Virus record (IMG/VR): IMGVR_UViG_3300044728_000198
Span: 1-51,918 of that record
Length of the DNA: 51,918 nucleotides
From: a virus
Taxonomy: Duplodnaviria; Caudoviricetes
Direction: 5' to 3' (one strand)
Below are positions 28,797 through 39,100 of the stretch, in pieces. Made by a program: the position numbers and the translations under genes. Position 1 is the first letter of the stretch, and each line of letters opens with the position of its first letter. The notes under the pieces are model-generated. The model saw only the letters and a list, made by a program, of their open reading frames with translations. It was not told the DNA's origin and ran no database searches.

Positions 28797-29972
28797 ATGT
28801 GCGATCCAGTCACCGGCACGGTTACCCTGGCGAGTACGGGAGCGGCCATCGCGTCGGCGGCGGCGGCGGTGGTCCCGACGGCGGCGACGGTCGCCGCCGC
28901 CGCGCCCTGGGTGGCGGGCGGTTCGGCCTTGCTGGGCGCGGGGTCCACGATCCTGGGCGCGAGCCAGCAGGCCAACGCCCAGCGGCAGGCGGCGGACGCC
29001 ATCGCCACCCAGAACCGGGCCACGCAGCAGGCGCAAATCCAGGGCTTCAGCGAACGCCTCGACGCGAGCAACCGGCAAAATCAGGCCCAGATGGCCATCG
29101 CGACCCGGCAGCAAGGCGACCGCGAGACCGCCCGGCAGATCATGCGGGAGAACCAGGAAGCCGCGCTGCGTCAGGGCGACAAGACCCTGGCCCAGGAGAA
29201 TACCACGGCGGACCAGTTGCGGGGCCGGGGCGACGCCGTTGCCCAGGACCTGCTGACCGCCACATCGGGGACCGCGTTTGATAAGTCCCGGTCCGACTAC
29301 CAGACCAACGCCGAAAACCTTCTCGCCGCCAACCTCAAGGGTTCGGCGGTCGACCCGTATATGACCAACCCCGCCGGGGGTGGCTCCGGCGGCACGGGGG
29401 ACGCGTCCGCCACGGTGACCGACACCGGAAGTTCCTCCAGCGACCCGGCGGTGCGCGATGCCACCGCCCGGCGCATGGGGCTCGCGGCGGCGAATATCCG
29501 CCAGTATGGCAAGGACCTCGCCCGTGTCGGGTCCTACGGCCAGCCTTTGGTGGCGACCGGTCAGGCCCTGGGCGAAGCCCAGGGGGGCATCATGCCCATC
29601 GAGAGCGCGGCCAAGCTTCTCTACGGCGGCGCGGCCCAGCGTCTGGTGCCCTCGCAGTTGCGGTTCAGACAGGCCGGAGAAGAGGGAGCCCAGGAAATCG
29701 GGGCCATCGACCAGCGCGCCAACAGTCTCCGGGACGTGGCGGCGCTTGGCTACTCCAACGACACCACCCTGGCCAACCTGGGTCAGAGCAACTCATCCGT
29801 GAACGCCGCCAACGTCGCCAGACAAACCACTTCCAACGCCGAGTGGGAAAAGCAGATGGGCGGGCTGTTCTCGGGGCTGGGCGGTATCGGTCTCTACGGG
29901 GGCGGCATGTATGGGCCGAACGTCAGATCGGGCACGCTGACCCGGCCCAACGAAGCGAACATGAAAGCGTAG
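28797..29972 (+). CDS. Putative internal virion/ejection protein
   Basis: MCDP start, Ala-rich hydrophobic N-terminus and Gln/Ala-rich helices. Confidence 0.7.
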   Translation: MCDPVTGTVTLASTGAAIASAAAAVVPTAATVAAAAPWVAGGSALLGAGSTILGASQQANAQRQAADAIATQNRATQQAQIQGFSERLDASNRQNQAQMAIATRQQGDRETARQIMRENQEAALRQGDKTLAQENTTADQLRGRGDAVAQDLLTATSGTAFDKSRSDYQTNAENLLAANLKGSAVDPYMTNPAGGGSGGTGDASATVTDTGSSSSDPAVRDATARRMGLAAANIRQYGKDLARVGSYGQPLVATGQALGEAQGGIMPIESAAKLLYGGAAQRLVPSQLRFRQAGEEGAQEIGAIDQRANSLRDVAALGYSNDTTLANLGQSNSSVNAANVARQTTSNAEWEKQMGGLFSGLGGIGLYGGGMYGPNVRSGTLTRPNEANMKA

Positions 29973-29981
29973 GACCCCGCC

Positions 29982-32180
29982 ATGGCGACCTTCCAGGGCC
30001 CGTTCAACACGGGCAACCAGCAGATGGACAGCGGACTGAACCAGTTCGCCGGGAACCTGTGGGGCGATCCGGCGAAGCAGGCGCAGGCTGGGTTGTATGG
30101 CGCGCAGACGGGTCTGGCGATCAACCAGGGACGCCAAATCCAGGACCACATGCAGATGGGCCGGTTCATCACCGAACTCATGCGTGGAAGTCAGGGCGGC
30201 GGGACTAACCTCCCCGCGCCGCAAGCGCCGCCTCTCCCCGGTATCCCCGGGCGAGAGTTCCCCCAACAGCAAAGCCTTGTCCCGGGTCAGGCGGGAGCCC
30301 CGCCGCCCTCTCTGGCGAACACCGTGGTCCCTCCACCCGCGCAGCCTCGGATGCAAGCGCCCGTGCCCGCCCAGGGTGCCGTGCCCGCGCCTCAACCCAT
30401 GCCTCAACCCGCGCCTCAGGTCGATCCGCATCAGCCCATCGCCCAGGTCAACCCGAGGGCGCTGCAACAGCCCGGCGGTGGGGTGAAATACGCGCCGCCC
30501 GCCCAGTCAAACGGCCGTCCCGCCGATCCCAACATAAACCTGCCCTATCTCATGTCGGTCGCCGCCGCCGCCGGGATGGACCCGACCGTCATCGGCGGTT
30601 TGGCCCGGGGCTGGCTCAACGGGCAGATCAACGCCGGGATCATCGACAAGGCCACGGGCGAGCGGATGCTGTCCGGGGCGGGCGACAGCCAGCCGCTTCA
30701 GTCCACGACGAGCATCACCACGGAGGGTATGCGCAACCGCACCACCCTGGCGCTGCCCGGCGTGACCGCCGACGCCGCCATCCGGCAGAACGACGCCACG
30801 CTCACGAGTGTCACCCTGGCGGGCACCGGACCTGGAACGGGCAAACCGGCTGTCACCCGTCAGGTCCCCGTCAGCGAGGTCAAGGCCCATCCGGAACTTT
30901 ACAGCCCGCAGGACTCCGCGCGCATCATCCAGGCCGAAGGGCTCACGAAGATAGCACCGAACGGGCCGAACGCCCCCGGCGTTTACAGCACCAACGATCA
31001 GGCGGTGGGCAAGCCCGTGTTCGACCCGGAGACACATCGCCAGCGCGGAACCCTGGCCGACGTGTTCGATCCCAACGCGAACAACGGCGTGGGCGCGGTG
31101 GTGCACGGCACGCAGGGCACGGCCCCCGGGGGGATGGTCAAGAGCGAAGGCGATCTTATCCTGGTCGTGCCCAACGCGGGCGGCACGCCCGCGTCCCGCA
31201 GCCGGGCGTGGCTTCGCGCGAACCCGGATCACCGGGAAGTCACGCGGGAAGAGATGCAAACCGTCCAGAGCATGGGCCCCAAGGGACCGGTCAACTTCCC
31301 GGGGGTGTCCACTTACGGCGGCGTGGGCGGGACCGTCGCGGCGGCGGGCACCGACCAACATGCCGCCCGGGTCATGCAGCAGGTCACCGACATGATCGCG
31401 AGCGGCGACGCGGAGGGGGCCCGGAGAGTCATCGAGGGAGCGCAGACCGCGCAGATGACCCTGGTGCCGAAACAAAATATCACCCCCGAACAGGCGGCGA
31501 AGATCAAGGAAGGCAGCGACGCCTACTTCTCCAACATGTATGCCCCGCAGAGCGGAACTCTCGGTAAGGCGGGCGCGTCCAAACTCCCCGCCGAGGCCGA
31601 CCCGGATATCGCGACCTACCACGCCGCGCTCACCGCGTGGCTGGAGGACCGGGCTTACAAGACCAACCCGGCCATGGCTCCCATCGTCGCCTGGGACATG
31701 ATGCGGGCGGACGGGATCATCCCGCACGACGCCAACGAAGCGCGGAACAACGTGAAATGGTTCGCCCCGACGCTGGGCGACCCGGCGATCACGGGCGACA
31801 CCGAGCCTCGTTTCAGGATCAAGGGCGACTTCTCCCGGGTGCCCCGGGATACCAACGGGCAGATCATCCTGCCCGGCGGCGGTGTCCGTCCGGGGAGCCC
31901 GGCGGGGTTGCCCCAGGGCCCAAGGACCATGCCAACAGGCCCCGCCGCCGCCCCGCCCGCGCCAACCGCGCCGCCGAAACCCCTGGTGGATACCGTGGCC
32001 CCCCAGAAAACCACCGCCCCGACCGCGCCGCGAGGAGTCCGTCCGCCGAACGCCATAGGCGTGGCACCCCCCGGCGCGCCGGAAGGCAGTCCCGTGTTCT
32101 TGCCTGATGGCTCCAAGGGCATCGTGTCGAGCGGCTACATCATACCGCCGCTGCAACCCATGCAGGTGCCCCCTCCATGA
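29982..32180 (+). CDS. Putative internal virion protein, Pro/Gln-rich
   Basis: Long in-operon ORF with AGGA RBS and ATGA overlap with the next gene. Confidence 0.7.
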   Translation: MATFQGPFNTGNQQMDSGLNQFAGNLWGDPAKQAQAGLYGAQTGLAINQGRQIQDHMQMGRFITELMRGSQGGGTNLPAPQAPPLPGIPGREFPQQQSLVPGQAGAPPPSLANTVVPPPAQPRMQAPVPAQGAVPAPQPMPQPAPQVDPHQPIAQVNPRALQQPGGGVKYAPPAQSNGRPADPNINLPYLMSVAAAAGMDPTVIGGLARGWLNGQINAGIIDKATGERMLSGAGDSQPLQSTTSITTEGMRNRTTLALPGVTADAAIRQNDATLTSVTLAGTGPGTGKPAVTRQVPVSEVKAHPELYSPQDSARIIQAEGLTKIAPNGPNAPGVYSTNDQAVGKPVFDPETHRQRGTLADVFDPNANNGVGAVVHGTQGTAPGGMVKSEGDLILVVPNAGGTPASRSRAWLRANPDHREVTREEMQTVQSMGPKGPVNFPGVSTYGGVGGTVAAAGTDQHAARVMQQVTDMIASGDAEGARRVIEGAQTAQMTLVPKQNITPEQAAKIKEGSDAYFSNMYAPQSGTLGKAGASKLPAEADPDIATYHAALTAWLEDRAYKTNPAMAPIVAWDMMRADGIIPHDANEARNNVKWFAPTLGDPAITGDTEPRFRIKGDFSRVPRDTNGQIILPGGGVRPGSPAGLPQGPRTMPTGPAAAPPAPTAPPKPLVDTVAPQKTTAPTAPRGVRPPNAIGVAPPGAPEGSPVFLPDGSKGIVSSGYIIPPLQPMQVPPP

Positions 32181-32716
32181 GCGAACACCCATACGACGAA
32201 CTGATCCGGCGGACGGCGGCGAAATACAACCTGGACCCAGGGCGCTTCAAACGGCAACTGATCGCCGAGAGCGGGCTGAACCCCAACGCGCGCAACCCGT
32301 CGGGCGCGGCGGGCATCGCCCAGTTCATGCCCGCCACCGCCCGGGGCATGGGCATCGACCCGATGGACCCAAATCAGGCGATCCCCGCCGCCGGGCAACT
32401 CATGCGGTCACACCTGAACAGCTACCAGGGCGACTACAACAAGGCGCTCGCCGCCTATAACTGGGGCCCCGGCAACGTCCAGCGGAAGGGCATGGAGAAC
32501 ATGCCCGCCGAAACCCGGAACTACATCCAGAAGATCACGGGCGGCGATAGCGTGGCCATGGGCCCCGTCGAGCCGCCTGAACAGTTCGGCCCGCCCCAGA
32601 TGGTGGGCCCGCCGCCGCCCCCGGCGCAACCCCGGCTGATGGACCCGCGCCTGCTGACCCAGACCCCCAGCCTGGGCGACATCATCGCGTCGGCAGCCCA
32701 GAAAAGCATGATCTGA
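32177..32716 (+). CDS. Lytic transglycosylase (SLT family)
   Basis: AESGLNPNARNPSGAAGIAQFMPAT, ALAAYNWGPGNV and ETRNYIQKI. Confidence 0.95.
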   Translation: MSEHPYDELIRRTAAKYNLDPGRFKRQLIAESGLNPNARNPSGAAGIAQFMPATARGMGIDPMDPNQAIPAAGQLMRSHLNSYQGDYNKALAAYNWGPGNVQRKGMENMPAETRNYIQKITGGDSVAMGPVEPPEQFGPPQMVGPPPPPAQPRLMDPRLLTQTPSLGDIIASAAQKSMI

Positions 32717-33180
32717 TGGCGGACCCGCTGGACTTCACGGACCAGTATAACACCCAACTGGACCCCCAGAACGAAGCACTATATCAGGCGTGGCTGCGCG
32801 ATCAGTCCCAGGCGGCGGGCCGGGACATGTCGAACGACGCTTATAACTATGACATGCGCGGGGCGTTTCTTGGCGGCGCGGGCCGGGCGGACAACAACCA
32901 CTGGCCGGATACTTTCAAGAAGCCCAACCATCCCAGCTTTAGTTCGCAGAGCATGTATCACGGCGCGGACGGGCACACGGGGGGCCAGTGGGAGGGCCAG
33001 GACGGTATCTGGCGCTTCACGCCTGGACCGACCAACCTCCAGATGCACGGCCCCGGCGGGCTTCAACGCTACTTCCAACAGGCCGACCCCGACGTTCAGC
33101 TTAACATGCCGGAGGCCGCGCCCCCCGGACCGCCCGTGTCCATGCTGGACTACGTGCGGAGCAAGATGGGGACCGGCTGA
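32716..33180 (+). CDS. Conserved-looking phage domain protein of unknown function
   Basis: YDMRGAF...HWPDTFKKPNHPSFS...GGQW motif, with TGATG overlaps on both sides. Confidence 0.75.
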   Translation: MADPLDFTDQYNTQLDPQNEALYQAWLRDQSQAAGRDMSNDAYNYDMRGAFLGGAGRADNNHWPDTFKKPNHPSFSSQSMYHGADGHTGGQWEGQDGIWRFTPGPTNLQMHGPGGLQRYFQQADPDVQLNMPEAAPPGPPVSMLDYVRSKMGTG

Positions 33181-36100
33181 TGGCGAACGCGGCGTTGCAA
33201 CGGCGGGACGACGACAGTGACCTGCCCATGGGCTCGCTCACGCCGTTCCCCCAGCAAACCCAGCAAGCCCCGGCCCCGGTCGCCGTGCCCGTCCCCGACG
33301 ACAGCGACCTGCCCATGGGCTCGCTCACGCCGTTCCCCCAGCAAACCCAGCAAGCCCCGGCCCCGGTCCCGGTGCCACCGGTCCCGACCCGATCCATATC
33401 GGACATCTTCACCGATACCGCCCCCGGCGCTTTCGCCGGTTTGCCTGGGGTCCCCGAGCAAACCGAAGGCCCTGGGGCCATGCCGGTCCCGCCGCCCGAC
33501 CCGCGCGTGGGCGCGGCGCAGTCGGCGTTGGACGCCATGCGGGATGTCCGTAACGAAAGCTGGCAACTCGCTCGAGGCGACGCGTTCGATCCCAACCAGC
33601 CGATCCCGCCCCCGGTGGACCGCACGTTCGGCGGGAAGATCGCCTATGGACTGGCCAAAACCAGCCCCACGCTCGCGGGCATGGCACTGGGCGCGGCGGG
33701 CGGCGCTGAACTCGGAGCCCCGGCGGGCCCGTGGGGCGGCGTCATCGGGGGTGCCCTGGGCGGTGTCACGGGCGGCGGGGTCATGGCGTTCACCCAGGAA
33801 CTGATCCCGGCTTATCAGGACGCCAGACGCCGTGGCCTGAACCACGAACAGTCCACGGACGAAGCCTACAAGGTGGCGGCGACCAGCGGCATCCTCACCG
33901 GGGCCACCGCGCCCTTGTTTAGCCTGCGCTACGTCAAGAATATCGTCGGGGATATCTTACTCAAGACCGCCGTCACGGGCCCCGCTGTCGGCGCGGCGGG
34001 ACAGATCGCCACGCCCATGGTCACCGGCCAGCCCATGCCGACGGGCGAAGAGATGCTGGAAGGGTATCTCCAGAACGCCGCCGGGGGAGCCATATTGGCC
34101 GGGGCGCATCACGCTATTCCCAGGATCATCGACCGGTTCCGGCCCGACACACGGCCCAACCTCGACCTGGGCACACCGCCCACGGAGCAAGGTCCTGGTG
34201 CCCTGGGCGGACCTGCCCAGCCACCGCCCGTTCCTCCCGTGGGTCCAGCTCCAGCGAGCGTCGAGCCACCCTGGCGGCGCAGCGGTTACGACGCGAACGC
34301 CGGGCCCCCCGCCGTGGAAGGTCCCTTCGGACAACTGTTCACCCCGGGGCAAGAACCCCCGCCCATACCACCCGTTCAAACGTCACCGGCCAGTGTCCCT
34401 GCCCCGTGGCGCAGAGGCGCGGACCCGACTGGATCAGCACCGGTCGAGCCCACGCCGACGGGCACGGAAGCGCCGCCCGCCCCGGTGTCGCCCGTGCCCG
34501 TCGAGCCCATCACCGAACCGCCCCCAGTGCCGCCGCCAGCGGCACCCGTCGTAGTGCCGTCGCCCGAGCCCATCCCAACAACAGGACAAGAGCCAGATGG
34601 ACAGTTATCCACAACACGCCCACCTAACGCTACACAACCCGTCACGACAGAGCCGGTTCCAACAGACGTTCCCGGAACCGGAACAACTGGAGTTGTTCCC
34701 GTGGCACCGGTCCCGGAGCCCGTGGCAGCCCCAACAACTGAGCCAGCCGTCGTATCCCCCGCCGGGGGCGACCTACCCGCCCCCGGTGTCGAGCCGCTAA
34801 CGCCCACACCGACACCGACACCGACCACACCAGCCGAACCGGAGGGGGCGCAAACGCCGGTCCCGGCTGAACCAACGGCGGCGGCACCAGCGACACCAGA
34901 ACCACCAGCGAAACGGCCCGTGAGCGAGGCCGAACACAGCCAGCTACGCACCGATCTGGCCAACGCCCGCAAGGCGTTGGACAACGCGATCCGCAAGAAC
35001 GAACCCCAGGAGAAGATCGAGAAACTCAAGGCGCGCGTGGCCGAGACCGGTGCCGCCTACGACAACGCCGAGGGGCCACCCACCCGGCCCACCTTCATCC
35101 TGGGCGGGAAGTCCCGTCAGGAACTGATGGCGGGCCATGAAGCCGCCGCGAAGGCGCACGAAGCCGCCGTCACCCAGCGTATCCATACCGAGGGCGAGAC
35201 CCCGGTCGCCGACCCCAAGGGCGTGGCCCGGGTCTTCACCAAGGACATCGTCACCGCCACGCCCACCATCACGGCGGTGGTATCCACGGACACCAAGGGC
35301 AACGCATGGGCGGGCAGCGGCAACGTCATGACCCGGGACCCGGTCATGGTGAAGGCGGCGGAAGCCGCGTCGAAGAAGTCCACCGTGACCCGCCGGGAGG
35401 TCCCGCCGGACGCCCTCGAGCGCGTGGTCGCGCCCAAGAAAGATGTCACTTACGAGCCGGTCACCTGGGAACGCACGGTCTCCCCGGGCGGCGGGCGCAT
35501 CGTCATCGGCACCCTGAAATCCGGCGAACACGTCGTCTTGCAAAAACCCGTCTTCGACGCGCTGTCCTCGGCGGCGGGCAAGGGCGGCACCCTGGTGTCC
35601 GCCGGGACCAAGAAAGACGACCGGGTCTTCGCCCACAACGCCAAGGGCGAGGTCGTCGGGGTGGGGATGCCCTACAAACACGACCAGACCCTGGCCCGGT
35701 CCTACGCGCGGGGCCTCGACAAGCCCGCCGAGCCCGAGACCAAGACCCCCGCGCCCGAGCCCAAGGTCAAAGCCCCCGAACCCGACACCGGGAAAACCAC
35801 CCCCGTCCCGGCGGAAACCACGCGGATCAGCGCCCGGGACCTTCAGCCCGGCGACAAGGTCTGGTCTGTCCTGGGCAAGGACCTCGTCGTCCAGAAGATC
35901 GTCACCACGAAGAGCGGCCAGATCGAGGTCCACATCGCCGGGCGGGAACACCCGCTTCTGGTGGACGCGACCGAGCCCATGAACATCCGGCCTCGAGAGG
36001 CCGCGCCCCCAGAGTCCAAGGGCCCCACGCCCACGACCGAGACGACGACGGCGAAGAGCCTGAAGCCGGGCGACACCATCATCACCCCCGGCGGCGAACA

Positions 36101-39100
36101 CCTGAAGGTCATCGCCGTCACGGGCGGCGAGAAAGCCACCATGGTCCGGGTGGAGGGCCGCAAGACCGCCCTGAAATACCCGCCCAACCGAGAGGTCACG
36201 ATCCAGAAGGGCGCGGTGTCGGACGCGGGCGAGAGCGTCGAGTCCAAGACCTTCGGGCCCACGCCGTCGGTGCGCAAAGCCGCCGCCCGCGTGGCCGCCG
36301 GGCTCCAGCCCCACAGGCCCGCTCCCCGGGTCAGGCGGCACAAACTCCAGCCCGTGCCCCGCGTGCCCACCATCGGCGCGCCGCTCACCATGGAGGACTT
36401 CTCCCATACCAGGGCGGTGACACACTACCGGGATGCCTTTCACGATGCCCTGGCGGGCACGGGCGAGGACGCCGCCAACGCCGCCAACCGGCCCATCACC
36501 CAGCAGATCGCTCTCTTATCGCAGGCCCTGAAAACCAAATATGGTTTCAAGAACGTCATCGTCGAGCCGAACGTCGAGCCCCGCATCACCCGCGACCAGT
36601 TGCTCAACATGCACCACAACATGCAAAACATGGCGGCTGCGCTTGGTTGGTCAAACCAGGTCATATCCTTGTTGGGCAGACTACAGTTGCATTTGGTGCC
36701 AAGGGGCTTCAACGGCGAACACTGGATGGGGCAGTATGCTTTCGCCAACAACGAGATCGGTATTTCTGGCGGCTCTAATAGTTATGCCCACGAACACTGG
36801 CACGCCATCGACCATTACCTGAGCGATTTACTTAACAAGAACCCGAATAAAACCGCGTTATTTAGCATGGCCGGGAAAGAGGGTCAGATCGACACGGCGG
36901 CGGACCCGGTCCAGAAGGCGTTCGCCGAGTTGCTGAACCTGCTCTCGCACGACCAGGGCGCGCTCATGCTGAAGCGCATGATGCTCTCCAACACCGCCAT
37001 GAAGACGGACAAGGCGGGCAACCCCACGCCCTCGGCCATCGTCGCCCAGACCCAGTTGGCGATGATCGACCGGGCGCAGACCACCAAACTCAAGATACCG
37101 CCCTCCCCCTTCAAGGCGCAGGCCCTGGCCATGCCCAAGGGGGGTTCGTATTACGCGCAGATATACGAACTCATGGCCCGGGCGGGCGAGGCATACACGG
37201 GTTACGTCATGACCGCCCAGGGCATGGATACGGCGGGCGTGGTCAAAGCGGACGCGGGTTACCGAAGCCAGACCATCGCCTATCTCAGGCAGGCATACCC
37301 CAACGCCACCGACCGGGCGCTGATCTTCGCCGGGTTCGACAAGCTGGTCGTGGAGATGCAGCGGGCGGGCATCCTGACCGCCGGTCACACCCCGGCGATG
37401 CGGGCGTCCGAGGGCACGACCTTGCCCATGTGGCATGACCGGCCCCCCGATGTGGGCCCCGGCTTCATGGCGCGGCTCAAGGCCGACATACGGGCGCTGC
37501 GCCCGAGCGAACTCTGGAGCGCGGACCACGACTGGCTCTTCACGCCCGAGGACGGCTCGCCGCCGCCCCTGATGTATGACAGCAAGGGGAACCGCCCCGT
37601 CCCCAAGGGCTCGCTCACCCGGGGCGTGGATAACGTCTCCCGTATCTTCGGTTCGGCCCTGGGCAACCTGGAACGGCTCCGCAGGCAGGCTCCCCCGGCG
37701 GCACGGCCCTATGTCACCGAGGTCCTGGACCGGATCGGCGTCTCGCACGAGGGAAGGTGGCAGCCCATCACGTTCGAGGAAATGGTGCGCACCTACGTGC
37801 GGCCCACGACCTCCGAGTTCGAGGACATCCTGAAAGACTCGGGCCTGACCAACAGGGCCGGGCGTCTCCGGCTGAGCCCCACGGAGAACAAGCACTTCTG
37901 GCACGCCCTGACGACGGGTGAGAGCCGCTACCCGGTCAACCCCGACGGGTCAGGGGGCACGGTGCCCATATCGAACGCCATCATGGATGCGACCGGCAAG
38001 GTGCGTGTCCTGATGGACAAGGCCCACGAATACATGCGCACCGAGGGCGGCCTTGACGTGGGCTACCCGCGCGACGCGGGCTACGCGCCGCGCGTGTTCG
38101 ATGATAACCGGATACTCGCCAACGAAGCGGGCTTCGTGGGCGACATGACCAAACTCAACAAGGTCATCATCGACAAGGACCTCGCCAAAGAGCCCGACGC
38201 CGACGCCCAGGTGGCGCGTCTGGCCGAGTGGTGGAGCGACAGCGAAACCGCGCTCAAGGGCAGCGCGCCCCAGGCCGTGCAAGATGCCATGAAGCGGATC
38301 GTGGCCGTCCAGAAACGGATCGCGGCCATCGACGCGGAACTCGCCGCCGGGGGCGCGGGCAAGAGCCCCATACCAAACCTGCACGACCCGGTGAAACTGG
38401 GTCAGGAGCGTCTCGACCTGCTCGACGAAGGGCGCAAACTCTACGCCGCCCACAAGGACGCCGCCCGGGACCACATCGCCAAATACGAGGCGCAGAGCCG
38501 CTACAACGCCATCGCGGCGGTGGACCCGGTGAAGTTCGAGACGTTCGGGCCGCGCTCCGAGTTCCTGCGCAAGCGCACCCTGCCCGGTGAAGCGGACCAG
38601 TATCTGCGTAACTGGCTGATCCAGAACCCACGGGTGGGGCTGGCCAACTACTTCAACGGCGTGGGCCGCAAGGTCGCCTATACCAAGATGTTCGGCGAGA
38701 AGGGCGACATCCTGGAGGGCCTGACCCAGCGCATGACCCTGGCCGGGATGGCTTCGGAAGATGTCGATCAGGTGGCCCGCATCGTCGAACTGGTCACGGG
38801 CCGGGCGATGCGGGACAAGAACGTGGCGGCGACCAACGTCGCCAACTGGGTGTCCGCCCTGGGTTCGTTCATGACCCTGAGCGGGGCCAGTATATCCGCC
38901 ATCGGCGAGACGTTCGGGTCCATGATGCTCCCGGCGGGAACGGCGGGGCAGCGGTTCCGCTTCATGGCGTCCTCTCTGGGGAAGACGTTCGGGCAGGTCT
39001 GGCATACCGCCGACGCCGCCGAGCGAGCCATGCTGGTGCGCCATATCGGCGGCGTGACCAGCCACCTTCAGGGCATGGCGTCGGCGGGGCGTTTCGCCGA

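Noticed and set aside
35817-36206. Intein in the giant protein (DLQPGD resembles a Hint segment)
   Set aside because: No N-terminal Cys/Ser block or C-terminal His-Asn splice motif was seen around it.
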